From Candidatus Iainarchaeum sp. (GTDB lineage: Archaea; B1Sed10-29; WALL01): a DNA stretch of 64,000 bases. The first letter of the stretch is position 1, and every line of letters begins with the position of its first letter. Of the stretch, positions 9,747-19,500 are shown one piece after another. The stretch covers positions 1 through 64,000 of the forward strand of contig JAGMCR010000004.1 in the NCBI GenBank assembly GCA_023129115.1, in the 5' to 3' direction. The notes beneath the pieces are model-generated. The model worked only from the letters and a program-made list of their open reading frames with translations. It ran no database searches and had not been told where the DNA came from. The position numbers and the translations under genes were made by a program.

Positions 9747-9903
9747 GGACGCGTAGCCTAGTTTGGATAAGGCACTGGCCTCCTATTCGGTTACGCCCGA
9801 GGGCGATGACTGTTCCTCTGTACCGAGCCACTTCGGTGGTGATGAGGTTATGAACAACCGAGGAGCCAGCCAGGAATCGGGGGTTCAAATCCCCTCGCGT
9901 CCG
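9747..9903 (+). tRNA. tRNA-Arg(CCT) with an 82-nt intron at 37/38 (9786-9867)
   Basis: Acceptor GGACGCG/CGCGTCC; anticodon stem CTGGC/GCCAG; T-arm GGGGG-TTCAAAT-CCCCT; strict BHB with CTCC/GGAG helix, bulges TA|T and CC|A, outer helix TCGGTT/AACCGA. Confidence 0.93.
9803..9861 (+). ncRNA. Putative intron-encoded C/D box sRNA inside tRNA-Arg
   Basis: GCGATGA (C), 13 nt, CCGA (D'), UUCG hairpin, GTGATGA (C'), 12 nt, CCGA (D). Confidence 0.65.
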
Positions 9904-9946
9904 CTTGTCCATCCCTTTTGCGGCTGGACGTAAAACAACGCAAACT

Positions 9947-9972
9947 GGGGGGACGCCAATTGGCGTCCCCCC
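9947..9972. repeat. G6...C6 palindrome, family B
   Basis: Perfect 26-bp palindrome GGGGGGACGCCAATTGGCGTCCCCCC; related copies occur elsewhere in the window. Confidence 0.7.
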
Positions 9973-10009
9973 TAAGCATGTTCATTCCCCAAGCACGGTT
10001 GTGATTGTC

Positions 10010-10516
10010 ATGAAGCAAGTTGTCGTAATCGGCGCGGACCTCAGCGCCACGGAACAGCAACTAAAGATTGCTGAAGAAATTGGCGCGGGCATCGCGAAGC
10101 GCGGCGCAATCCTTGTGTGCGGCGGGCGTGGCGGTGTCATGGAGGCGGCCGCCAGGGGCGCGAAAGCGGAAGGCGGGACCACTGTTGCAATCCTGCCGTC
10201 TGCCGAGCACACCGAGGCCAACCCGTTTATGGACGTCACAATCCCCACGGGCATCGGGTTCGCGCGGAACGCGATTGTGGCTTTGTCGGGTGAGGCAATC
10301 ATTGTCGTGGGCGGGGGCTGCGGCACCATGTCCGAGATGGGCATTGCTTGGGCTTACAACCGGCCAATCGTTGCGCTGACCGGCGTCGGTGGGTGGTCTG
10401 ACAAAGTCGCGGGCACGAGGCTCGACGAAAAAGAGGGCCGCCAGCCAATAGAGCCCGCGGCGACTGCGGAAGAGGCAGTCGAGAAAGCGTTCAAGCTTAT
10501 TAAACAGAACGAGTAG
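10010..10516 (+). CDS. TIGR00725 family (LOG-like nucleotide-binding) protein
   Basis: CGGRGGVMEAA, TGIGFARN and GGGCGTMSE motifs. Confidence 0.88.
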   Translation: MKQVVVIGADLSATEQQLKIAEEIGAGIAKRGAILVCGGRGGVMEAAARGAKAEGGTTVAILPSAEHTEANPFMDVTIPTGIGFARNAIVALSGEAIIVVGGGCGTMSEMGIAWAYNRPIVALTGVGGWSDKVAGTRLDEKEGRQPIEPAATAEEAVEKAFKLIKQNE

Positions 10517-11120
10517 TTTCTCTTAGCGCCTTCAGCCGCAACCAATGCTTTTGATTAGCCGGCTTTACTTCTTCGAAGAATCTTATCACTTCTCTTTGGC
10601 GGTGTATGAAAACATTTTTGTGCTTTAGCGTTATGCTTGGATGATAACCAAGTTGCCTCAACAGCTTGAATATTAAGTTCAGTAGTTTTTCGTCGATACT
10701 CCTAAACCCTATTTGGAGGTAGTTCCCATACTTCCGGTACACACTCCCATCACCATCAAAATATCCTCTGAGAAATGGTTTCATAAGGGTGTCGTCTTTG
10801 CTTATTGATTGGGGAATTCGCGGGCTCTCTATAGTTTTGTTCCCCACCATGCCCATATCCAGTAATTGCTTAGTGATTTTCTTTGAATAGAAATAGCATT
10901 CGAGGCCATTATTGTTCTTGTAGGCGTAAATTCTTGGCGTAACCCCAAATTCGGAACTGAAAAGTGGGATAAGATGGTTGGTAAAGTAGTCCATTTCGTA
11001 CCGTTTGTCGCCAGCGATTTTTACCCGATAAACCCGGTGTTTTTCGCTGTAGTACACGTTTCCATCAGCCACCAAAATCCCCAAGAGCTCAGCCAATTGT
11101 GGAGTGATATAGGTTTGCAC
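10500..11120 (-). CDS. Free-standing double-motif LAGLIDADG endonuclease-like protein
   Basis: LAELLGILVADG and FLRGYFDGDG motifs; no intein termini; AT-rich relative to neighbours. Confidence 0.85.
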   Translation of the reverse strand: MQTYITPQLAELLGILVADGNVYYSEKHRVYRVKIAGDKRYEMDYFTNHLIPLFSSEFGVTPRIYAYKNNNGLECYFYSKKITKQLLDMGMVGNKTIESPRIPQSISKDDTLMKPFLRGYFDGDGSVYRKYGNYLQIGFRSIDEKLLNLIFKLLRQLGYHPSITLKHKNVFIHRQREVIRFFEEVKPANQKHWLRLKALRETTRSV

Positions 11121-11165
11121 GCTGTTAAATTAATATATGCCCATATATAAAACACTACCACTCAC

Positions 11166-11339
11166 GGGGTCGTGAGGTAACTTGGCATCCTGAAGGCTTT
11201 TGAGATTTAATCGTCTCTTAGCCGGGAAAGTGGCTCCAGGGTTCCTTGAAGTGTGGTATGCTGAGGCCTGTTGGCCGATGATTGCACTTTGGAGCGAGGA
11301 TACCACTATTTCCGTGTTCAAATCGCGGCGACCCCACCA
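11166..11339 (+). tRNA. tRNA-Trp(CCA) with two introns, 27/28 (11194-11229) and 37/38 (11240-11301); CCA end encoded
   Basis: Acceptor GGGGTCG/CGACCCC-A-CCA; T-arm CCGTG-TTCAAAT-CGCGG; after splicing the anticodon arm reads AGTGG-CT-CCA-GA-CCACT; BHB-like motifs at both introns. Confidence 0.85.
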
Positions 11340-11586
11340 GCTCAGTGTCCTTAGGGGGAGCTGTGCTCCCCCTGGCCCAGACGAACAACAACCGAACATC
11401 CTTTGGGATGTCCGGTATCCTGCGGGATGTACGTCATACCCTGGGAAGCCCACCCCCTCAATAATTCTGTACTAATTGTCTCTGGGAGCCTTCAGGCTCC
11501 CAAGCCTAACGTGCCAGCTTAGTTTAAGCTGAAGCGCTACGACCCCACCTACCTCTTTTTATATGCAATAATTCTAAATTATGCCT

Positions 11587-12621
11587 ATGAAGCGAGGTGT
11601 GCTAATTATTGCACTGCTTTTGTCGCTAGCCATGGCCGCGGACTGCCCCAACGAGTTCACACTCTACCTCAACGACACGCGCGAGCTTGAGGGAGACACG
11701 TTCGAGCTCGTCGGGAGCGGCGACACGTTCAGTGACATCGAGCTGGAAATCGACAACGGCGAAGTCGAGTTCGACAGCCACTATACAGTCACTGACGAGT
11801 GGCTCGTCCGAATAGTCTCAATCCTGCCCGACGGCGCAATGCTCCGCGCGTCAAAATTCTTTTCCGAGAGCGAGGGCGAAGAATTCGAGATGAACACGTG
11901 CGACAAGAGCGCCGCAGAAGTCCGCGACAAGGAAATACTCATGATGCCCTCGACATACACGCGTGCAATCTTCATTATCGACGGGGAGGAAATCATCATC
12001 GAGCTCCCCCGCGAAAAGGCGTATGTCGGCGAAGACTACCTCCTGGAGCTCATCTCCAGGGACACTTCGACGGGCGAGGGGATTACGGAAGCAGAGGTAA
12101 TGCTCACAAAGCTCCGCATCTACAACGCGTACGAGGGCACCGGGTTCACCCTCGAGTGGGGCGACAAGGCAGCCGTAAAGTTCAACGGCGGGCTCCTCCG
12201 CATGCTCCCCGAGAACCCGACGGGCGCGATTACTTACCGCGGCGAAACCATTTTCGTTGCCGGCGAAGACAAGCCGCTCGACAGTGACTACCAAATCCGC
12301 GCCACGAGCGCGAGGCCTAACGCCAACCCCCCGTACGTAAAGCTCTTGATAACAAAGCAGCCCGAGCCGACCCCGACGCCAACAGCAACTCCGACTCCTG
12401 AGCCGACAGCCACTCCTACTCCAACCCCGGAACCCGGGGTATCGCCGGAACCGGCGATACCCCAAGTTGATGAAGTGACTCCCACACCGGAACCGGTGAC
12501 ACCCCAAAATGATGAGCCGACTGTTACTCCAGAGCCAACGAAGTCCCCCGCAACCGGCCTCGTCACGCAGGAGCGCGGCATAATCGGGATTATCATTGAC
12601 TGGATACTCAGCTTGTTCTAG
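11587..12621 (+). CDS. Secreted, membrane-associated acidic protein with a Pro/Thr linker (S-layer-like)
   Basis: Signal peptide MKRGVLIIALLLSLAMA, PEPTPTPT repeats, amphipathic C-terminus IIGIIIDWILSLF. Confidence 0.75.
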   Translation: MKRGVLIIALLLSLAMAADCPNEFTLYLNDTRELEGDTFELVGSGDTFSDIELEIDNGEVEFDSHYTVTDEWLVRIVSILPDGAMLRASKFFSESEGEEFEMNTCDKSAAEVRDKEILMMPSTYTRAIFIIDGEEIIIELPREKAYVGEDYLLELISRDTSTGEGITEAEVMLTKLRIYNAYEGTGFTLEWGDKAAVKFNGGLLRMLPENPTGAITYRGETIFVAGEDKPLDSDYQIRATSARPNANPPYVKLLITKQPEPTPTPTATPTPEPTATPTPTPEPGVSPEPAIPQVDEVTPTPEPVTPQNDEPTVTPEPTKSPATGLVTQERGIIGIIIDWILSLF

Positions 12622-12626
12622 CGCCA

Positions 12627-12682
12627 TTTTTCGTCAAGGTTTTTCCACGGAGCGGCAGCTAGGCTGTAACAGAAAAAAGGTT
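12627..12682 (-). repeat. Palindromic repeat element family A, copy 3 (diverged)
   Basis: Reverse complement reads AACCTTTTTTCTGTTAC...CCGTGGAAAAACCTTGACGAAAAA; lies between convergent genes. Confidence 0.6.
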
Positions 12683-12683
12683 G

Positions 12684-13364
12684 TTAAATCACTTCGCGCA
12701 TGGCCTTGGACAAGAAACCGCTCCTTATCCATGCGGCCTTGTCTTCCTTCGCGCTGCCCATGCCGTCGTTCAGGAAAATTAGTGAATGGTCGTCCACGAT
12801 TGCGGCGCGCTTCGGCCCCTCGACAATCCGCACAGCCACCCCGCGCTTCTGCGCCAGGTGCAGCAAAGGCCCGTACTCATTGCGCTTCCGCGCAAGGCCC
12901 TCCTTGTTGCTCGACAGCAGGATGTGCTCCTTGCTCTGCCTGATGAGCTCCTCAAGAGCCGCGTAGATGCTCTTGCGGTCAGTAATCGTGAAAACCTCCC
13001 CCTCTTCGCCAGCGGGGAGCACAGCCCCCTCCAAATGCTTCCCAAGCTGCTTTTCGAGCTTCGCCAGCTCATTGAGTTCCTTGTCGAGCTCCCTCTGCTT
13101 CTCTCTCTTCAAGGCGCCCACAGCCACTGGAACAGGGACAGCAGAGTACCGCGCCGGCCGCCCCGGCTGGCTCACCACAAACCCCCTCTTCTCAAGCTTC
13201 GCCAGCACGTCATAAACCCTGGGCCGCGGAATGCTCGCAACGTCGGAGAGCTCGGTCGCAGTGCTGGCCTTGGAGCTGGTCAAAGCAAAATAAGTCTTCG
13301 ATTCGTACTGGTTCAGCCCCAGCCGCCTAAGCACGCCAATGATTTCCTTGTTCACATGCAGCAT
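12684..13364 (-). CDS. TrmB-family transcriptional regulator
   Basis: LGLNQYESKTY, IPRPRVYDVL..L..RGFV and GRPARY winged-HTH signature. Confidence 0.9.
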   Translation of the reverse strand: MLHVNKEIIGVLRRLGLNQYESKTYFALTSSKASTATELSDVASIPRPRVYDVLAKLEKRGFVVSQPGRPARYSAVPVPVAVGALKREKQRELDKELNELAKLEKQLGKHLEGAVLPAGEEGEVFTITDRKSIYAALEELIRQSKEHILLSSNKEGLARKRNEYGPLLHLAQKRGVAVRIVEGPKRAAIVDDHSLIFLNDGMGSAKEDKAAWIRSGFLSKAMREVI

Positions 13365-13414
13365 AACTCACTGCCCCTTTATATATGTTACCCATTAATA
13401 GGGACAACTATCAT

Positions 13415-13559
13415 TTGTTGTTACTAGTTGGGGACAAATAAGTTTATAAAGGTGTATGCCCATAACCAAAGTCGCGAGGTGCTTGAGGGGCTGCGCCATG
13501 TGTATGCCTTTGCAAAAAACATAAGGCTTATATATGTCGTCCCTTAAAAGTAACAACAA
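13415..13559. promoter_or_regulatory. Divergent promoter region with two inverted copies of the candidate operator TTGTTGTTACT-N5-GGGACRA
   Basis: Copies at 13415-13437 (+) and 13537-13559 (-); the second directly follows the TATA-like TTATATA at 13528-13534. Confidence 0.55.
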
Positions 13560-13580
13560 GCCTTGTACAGGTGTTGTGAT

Positions 13581-16500
13581 ATGAATAAGACCCTATCCAT
13601 CCTGCTCAGCATGCTGTTGCTGACCAGCGTTGTATCGGCGGCTTTCATAGGGGGCAATTTCAAGGCCCTCCAGGACAAGATTAAGGAAAGCGCCGGTGAA
13701 GCAGCCGCTCCAGTCGATGACACGGCTGATACTAATCATAATAAGGAGAATATAATTGTGGTCAGGCCAATCAACCCGGCCGCGGCCAAGCCAGACCCGG
13801 TTGATACAGGGCTCCCGTCAGACGAGGACTTCGAGGGCACGCCGGGCGGCGACACCACCCCCCCCATGGTCATGGCACTCGCCTCCGCGACAACCGCCCC
13901 AATAAAAGAGGACCACTCTGTCGTGGTCGTCGGGCTCAAGAACGGCGACATCCACGCCTACGACTCGCAGAGCATGAAGAAGCTCTGGTTCGACGTCACG
14001 ACCCACAAGAAGTGGATTCAGGACATACAGTTCTACAACGAAACATTCGGCTCGAAAGAGCACGACATCGTTTATATAGCGGGCGACGGCAAGGTCAGCC
14101 GCCACTTTTCCAACAACGGCACCAAAATCAGGGACTACGACTTCAGCACCAACGGCGAGCTAATCTACTCGGTCGCCATTGACTCAGGCAACATTTACGC
14201 GGGCGACGGCAACGGAAAGCTCTACAAAATGGCCAAGTCCGGCAACACCCCAACGTGGACCCGCCAGGTATTCACCAAGCCCTCGCAGTTCGACTACGAG
14301 TGGGACAATGTCTACGCGGTCCGCCTGAGCGGCGAAAACCTCTACGTCGCGGGCGGCACGGGCTTTGTCTACGAGTACAACACCGATGGCACCAGGCTCG
14401 CAACAATATTCCGGGAGTCCGACTCGTCCAATGGGGCCAACGACGTCGACGCCAGCAAGATGTACTGTATCGAAGAATACAGTGGCACGCTCTACTTCCC
14501 TGACTCAACGACCCAGACGAATCACATCACCGTTGTCGACGACGGCGACATCGAGGCCTACCCCTCCAGCAATCGCATTACCGCAGACTACCAGACCAAG
14601 ATTTACAACATCGCAGTCGCCGGCGGATGGCTCTTCACCGCACAAAAGAACAAGGAAGTCGCTGCCTACAAAATCAGCGAGAAGGCAGCCAAGCCCCCCC
14701 TCAAGCACGCGACCGGGGAGGTCTACGACGTCGAGGCGACCGACAAGTACCTCTTCACGGGCTCTGCAGACAACAAGCTCAGGCGCTACACGGTAAACTA
14801 CGCGAACTCCAACCCGGCTAGCGGCACGCCAGACACTTACACGCTTAGCGACGACATCTCCGCCATCGGCGCGGAGTACAATGTCGAGACCACCAACGAG
14901 AACCCCCAGATTGTCAAGCCCCTGAGCGACCAGACAATCAACGAGGACGCGCCCGCCAAGGAGCTCTTCCCAGTCACCGACCACTTCGCGGACTTCGAGA
15001 CCGGTAGCCTGGGCTATTCCATCAGCATCGCAGACGACACGCTCGCAGCCCTCGACGTCAACGGAAACGGCTACGTGACCGCCGCTGGCAAGACCAACCA
15101 GAACGGCGCAAGCATGGTGACCATAACAGCCACCGACGGCAGCAAGTCCGCCACCGGCACGTTCAAGCTCACTGTCAAGCCAGTGAACGACAAGCCGGCC
15201 TACGACAACAACTTCCCGGCCTACGTCGAGGTCACGGAAGACACCCCCAAGACAGTCATCAGCAACCTCAACAACCACTTCAGCGACGCGGACGGCGACA
15301 CGCTCTCGTTCGAGGTCGACACCATTGCCGACGACACGCTCCTGAGCGCGTCTGTCCCGGCGAACACCGACGACCTTTACATCAGCCCCAAGTCCAACAA
15401 GCACGGCAGCACCACGGTCACCATCAAGGCCATGGACAACCAGGGCCTCATGTCGTACGCGCTCGGCACGCTCACGGTCAAGGTAGTCTCGGACAACGAC
15501 GGGCCCTACCTGACCGTCGACAACATACAGAACCAGTACCTCGTCGAGGACGAGCAGGACAAGAAGCTGTTCATACCTGACAGCTACTTCGACGACAAGG
15601 ACGGCGACACGCTCATTTACACCTTCACCCCCGCGGACGCCACGCTCGCCACCGTCACTTGCGTGAACGGCTATGCAGTCGCGTCCGGCCTCAAGGACCA
15701 GACCGGCAACACCATCGTCACCGTGAACGCGAGCGACAACAAGGATTTCATCCTCGCGAACTTCACGCTCTACGTTACCCCGGTCAACGACGCGCCTTAC
15801 CTCAACAACACAATCCCGCACCAGTACGTCGACGAAGACATCGCGGAAACAATAATCGACGACCTGGGCGACTACTTCGCTGACGTCGACAACGCCAAGA
15901 GCGAGCTTAAGTACAGCCTCTCGGTGTCCGACACCAGCCTCTTCAAGGCCAGCCCGGCCAATGGCGGCATTGGAATCCGCATCACTCCGCAGGAGAACCA
16001 GAACGGCACAGGCACGGTCAACGTCACAGTGCGCGACCCGGACTCTGCCAGCAACTGGACCAGCTTCAAGGTAACGGTCAACGAAATAAACGACTGGCCC
16101 AAAAAGCACACGGAGCTCGAGGACAAGCACATCCCCGAAGGCTCCAAGAACCGCGTCCTCTTCGGCGACCTCGACCAGTACTTCTACGACCCCGACGGGG
16201 AAAACCTGAGCTACGACCCAGACGGCCGCGGAGGCAGGCGCGGGATTGGCGGCGACAATGACATAGGGATAATCCCCGGCATCGGTGGCGGGGCCGGCCC
16301 CGGCATTGGCCCGGGCACCAACCTCCCGGACATCCCCTTCGACCCGTGCGCGGACTGGGAGGACAACGACCGCGGCATCAAGGAGGGCAACGACCCGGGC
16401 AACGCCAGGCCCATCGACGACCCGTGCAGGCCCAGGCCCAAGCCGCTCGCCTACGAGGTGGACCCGACGTACGACACCGGCCTCGTCGAGGTCTGGACAG

Positions 16501-19500
16501 TCGGCAGCAAGGTCTACGCCAACACGACCACCCCGGACGGAGTCGGCCAAACAAGCGTCACCATTATCGCCAAGGACAGGATGAACGCGACCAACCAAAG
16601 CACCTTCATACTCTTCGTGGACGAGGCCAACGACGCGCCAGTGCTGGTGAACTACACCCTCCCGAACGCGTACGTGAACGTCTCTTACTATTACGATGTT
16701 GACGCAACCGACGCGGACGGCGACACGCTTACGTACTTCACGAATGACACGTCACTCTTCACAATCGACCCGCAGACCGGCGAGATTTCGTTCCTGCCCG
16801 CCCAGGCGGACGTGGGTAGCTACGCGTACAGGATTAGTGTTACTGACGGGCTCATGACTGACCACCAGGACGTCACTCTCCTGGTCATTGACAACCTGGA
16901 CCCCGACGTCACCATCACCAGCCCGGTCAACAACAGCTACGTCAGCACTTTGGCTTCTGCGAACCAGCTGAACCTGACCTACACCAGCACCGCGACTGAC
17001 ATCGCGTACTACAACGTCAGCATGGACAACGGCGCGTGGATAAACAACTCACTCAACATGTACCACACGTTCACCGTAGCCACCGACGGCGCCCACAACA
17101 TGACCGTTGTCGCGCATGACGGCTCTGCCAACACCGGGCCGTCTTGGGTCAATTTCACGCTCGACAACACTGTGCCGGACGTCAACATCACCAGCATCAA
17201 TGGCATTGCCCCCCCGGTCAACAACAGCAACTTCACCACCCCCAGCATAACACTCCGCTGGGCCGGCACGGACAACTACGGCATCAGCTATTACACAATC
17301 AATGGTGTGGACGTCGGAACCAATACCAGCCACAACACTACACTCCCTGATGGGACCTACACCTACACCGTGGTGGCCTACGACCTTGCGAACAACACCG
17401 ACGCGGACAGCATCACCTTCAACATTGACGCAACCCCGCCGGACGTAAACATCACTTACCCGGACAACAACGGCTACGTCAACAGCAACGTATTCAACGT
17501 GACCTGGATTGGCACAGGCGTCAGCTACTACGTCGACAACTCCAGCACCAACGTCGGCCTCGCCACGAACGACCTGCAGAACCTGCCGGACGGCAACTAC
17601 ACCTACACGGTCACGGCGTACGACAGCTTTGGCAACACGGACAGTGACACAGCCAACTTCACGGTCGACACCAAGAGCCCGAGGGTCACCATCACCTCGC
17701 CGCTCAACATTACTTACGGCGCCAGCTGGGTCTGGGTCAACGCCACCACAAACGAGACCGCGAGCTGGTGTGGCTATTCCCTGGACAACGCGCTCAACGT
17801 CACCATGAGTGGCAGTGGCACGAGCTGGTACTACAACGCCAGCGGCCTCGGAGACGGCGCACACAACGTCACTGTGTACTGCAACGACAGTGCGGACAAC
17901 TTCGGCAGCGACAGTGAGTACTTCAGCGTGCTCACCACGGGCCCAACCGTGACAATCACTTACCCAAATGTTTTGTACATCAGCACGGGCGTGTTCAACG
18001 TCACCTGGTTTGGCACGGGTGTTAACTACTACACCAACAACAGCAGCGCCAACATTGGCCTTGCCGTGTATGAGGCCCAGAACCTCACCGAGGGCGTGTA
18101 CACCTACACAGTCACAGCGTTCAACGCAGCCGGCGCCAACGCCAGCGACACGGTTGGCTTCACGGTCGACATGACTCCCCCAACAATCGTCATCGATTAC
18201 CCGGCGAACGGAGCGACAATCGGCACCCGCTTCCCAACCCTCATCTGGAACGGGACCGACAACTACGGCATCGACCACTACACAATCAACACCACGGCGG
18301 GCGACTTCGACGTGGGCAATGTCACGAACCACACCCTGTCCCTGCCTGGCAATGGCAACTACAGCTACAACGTGACCGCGTACGACCTCGCGAACAACAC
18401 GGCGAGTGCCATCGTTAGCTTCACCGTCAACACGTCACCGCCAAGCAACGTGACAATCACTTACCCGCTCGACAACCAGTACCTCAACGATGGCAACATC
18501 ACAATCACGTGGAACTCCACGGGCGACGTGAGCTACTACATGCTCAACGCATTGAACGTCAGCACCAACGAGAGCCACAACGTAAGCCGCGGGGACGGCA
18601 ACTACCTCTACACTGTTACTGCCTACAACCCCGCGGGCAACGACAGCGACAGCGTGAACTTCACGGTCGACCTGTTCGACTCCGTGGTCACCATCCAGAC
18701 CCCTGCAGACGGCGCCAACCTCACCGACGGCAACGTCAGCATCACCTGGAACTCGAGTGACAACTACGGCGTCCAGTACTACACCGTGAACGGCACCGGC
18801 GTCGGCCTGAACGAGACGTACAACGTTACACTTGGCACCGGCATTTATACCTATATTGTGGTCGCGTACGACCTCGCGGGCAACAACGGCAGTGACAGCG
18901 TCACGTTCAACGTAACGGTCGTGTCGTCCTGCAACCTGATAATCAACTCGACCCTCGACACGACTTTCGTGTCGTACTACAAGGGCGGCGACGTCACCTA
19001 CGGCAACACCATCATCCAGACGTGCTCCACGGTCAAGAACTCGACCATCACCAACTCGACCATCACGAACTCCACGGTCATCCAGTCGAACATCAGCGAC
19101 ACGACCCTCGTGGGCGCCACGGTCATCAAGAACTCATACATAGACCCGTCCGACGTCCAGGACTCGACAGTCAGCGAGTCGACCGTGCTGAACTCGACGG
19201 TCTACAACTCCACAGTGACCAACCACTCCAGAATAGTCCGCAGCCACGTCGAGTGGTCCACAAGCAACAACTCCACGGTCACCGACTCAACGGTCCTGTA
19301 CTCCAACATCTACAGGAGCTGGGTCGAGCTCTCGAACGTCACCCGCTCGAACGTCACTGACTCGACGGTGTACAACTCGACTGTCACCGACTCGGACGTG
19401 ACGTCGTCCACGGTCAACGGCTCGACTGTCACTGACTCCACCGTGACAACTTCGGACGTCACTGGCTCGACTGTCACTGACTCCACCGTGACAACTTCGG

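Noticed and set aside
11192-11229. Alternative reading of the tRNA at 11166 as Gln(TTG) or Lys(TTT) using GGCTTTTGAG
   Set aside because: Only AGTGG pairs with the 3'-exon CCACT, the segment is bounded by a BHB-like motif, and intron 2 carries Trp-type guides.
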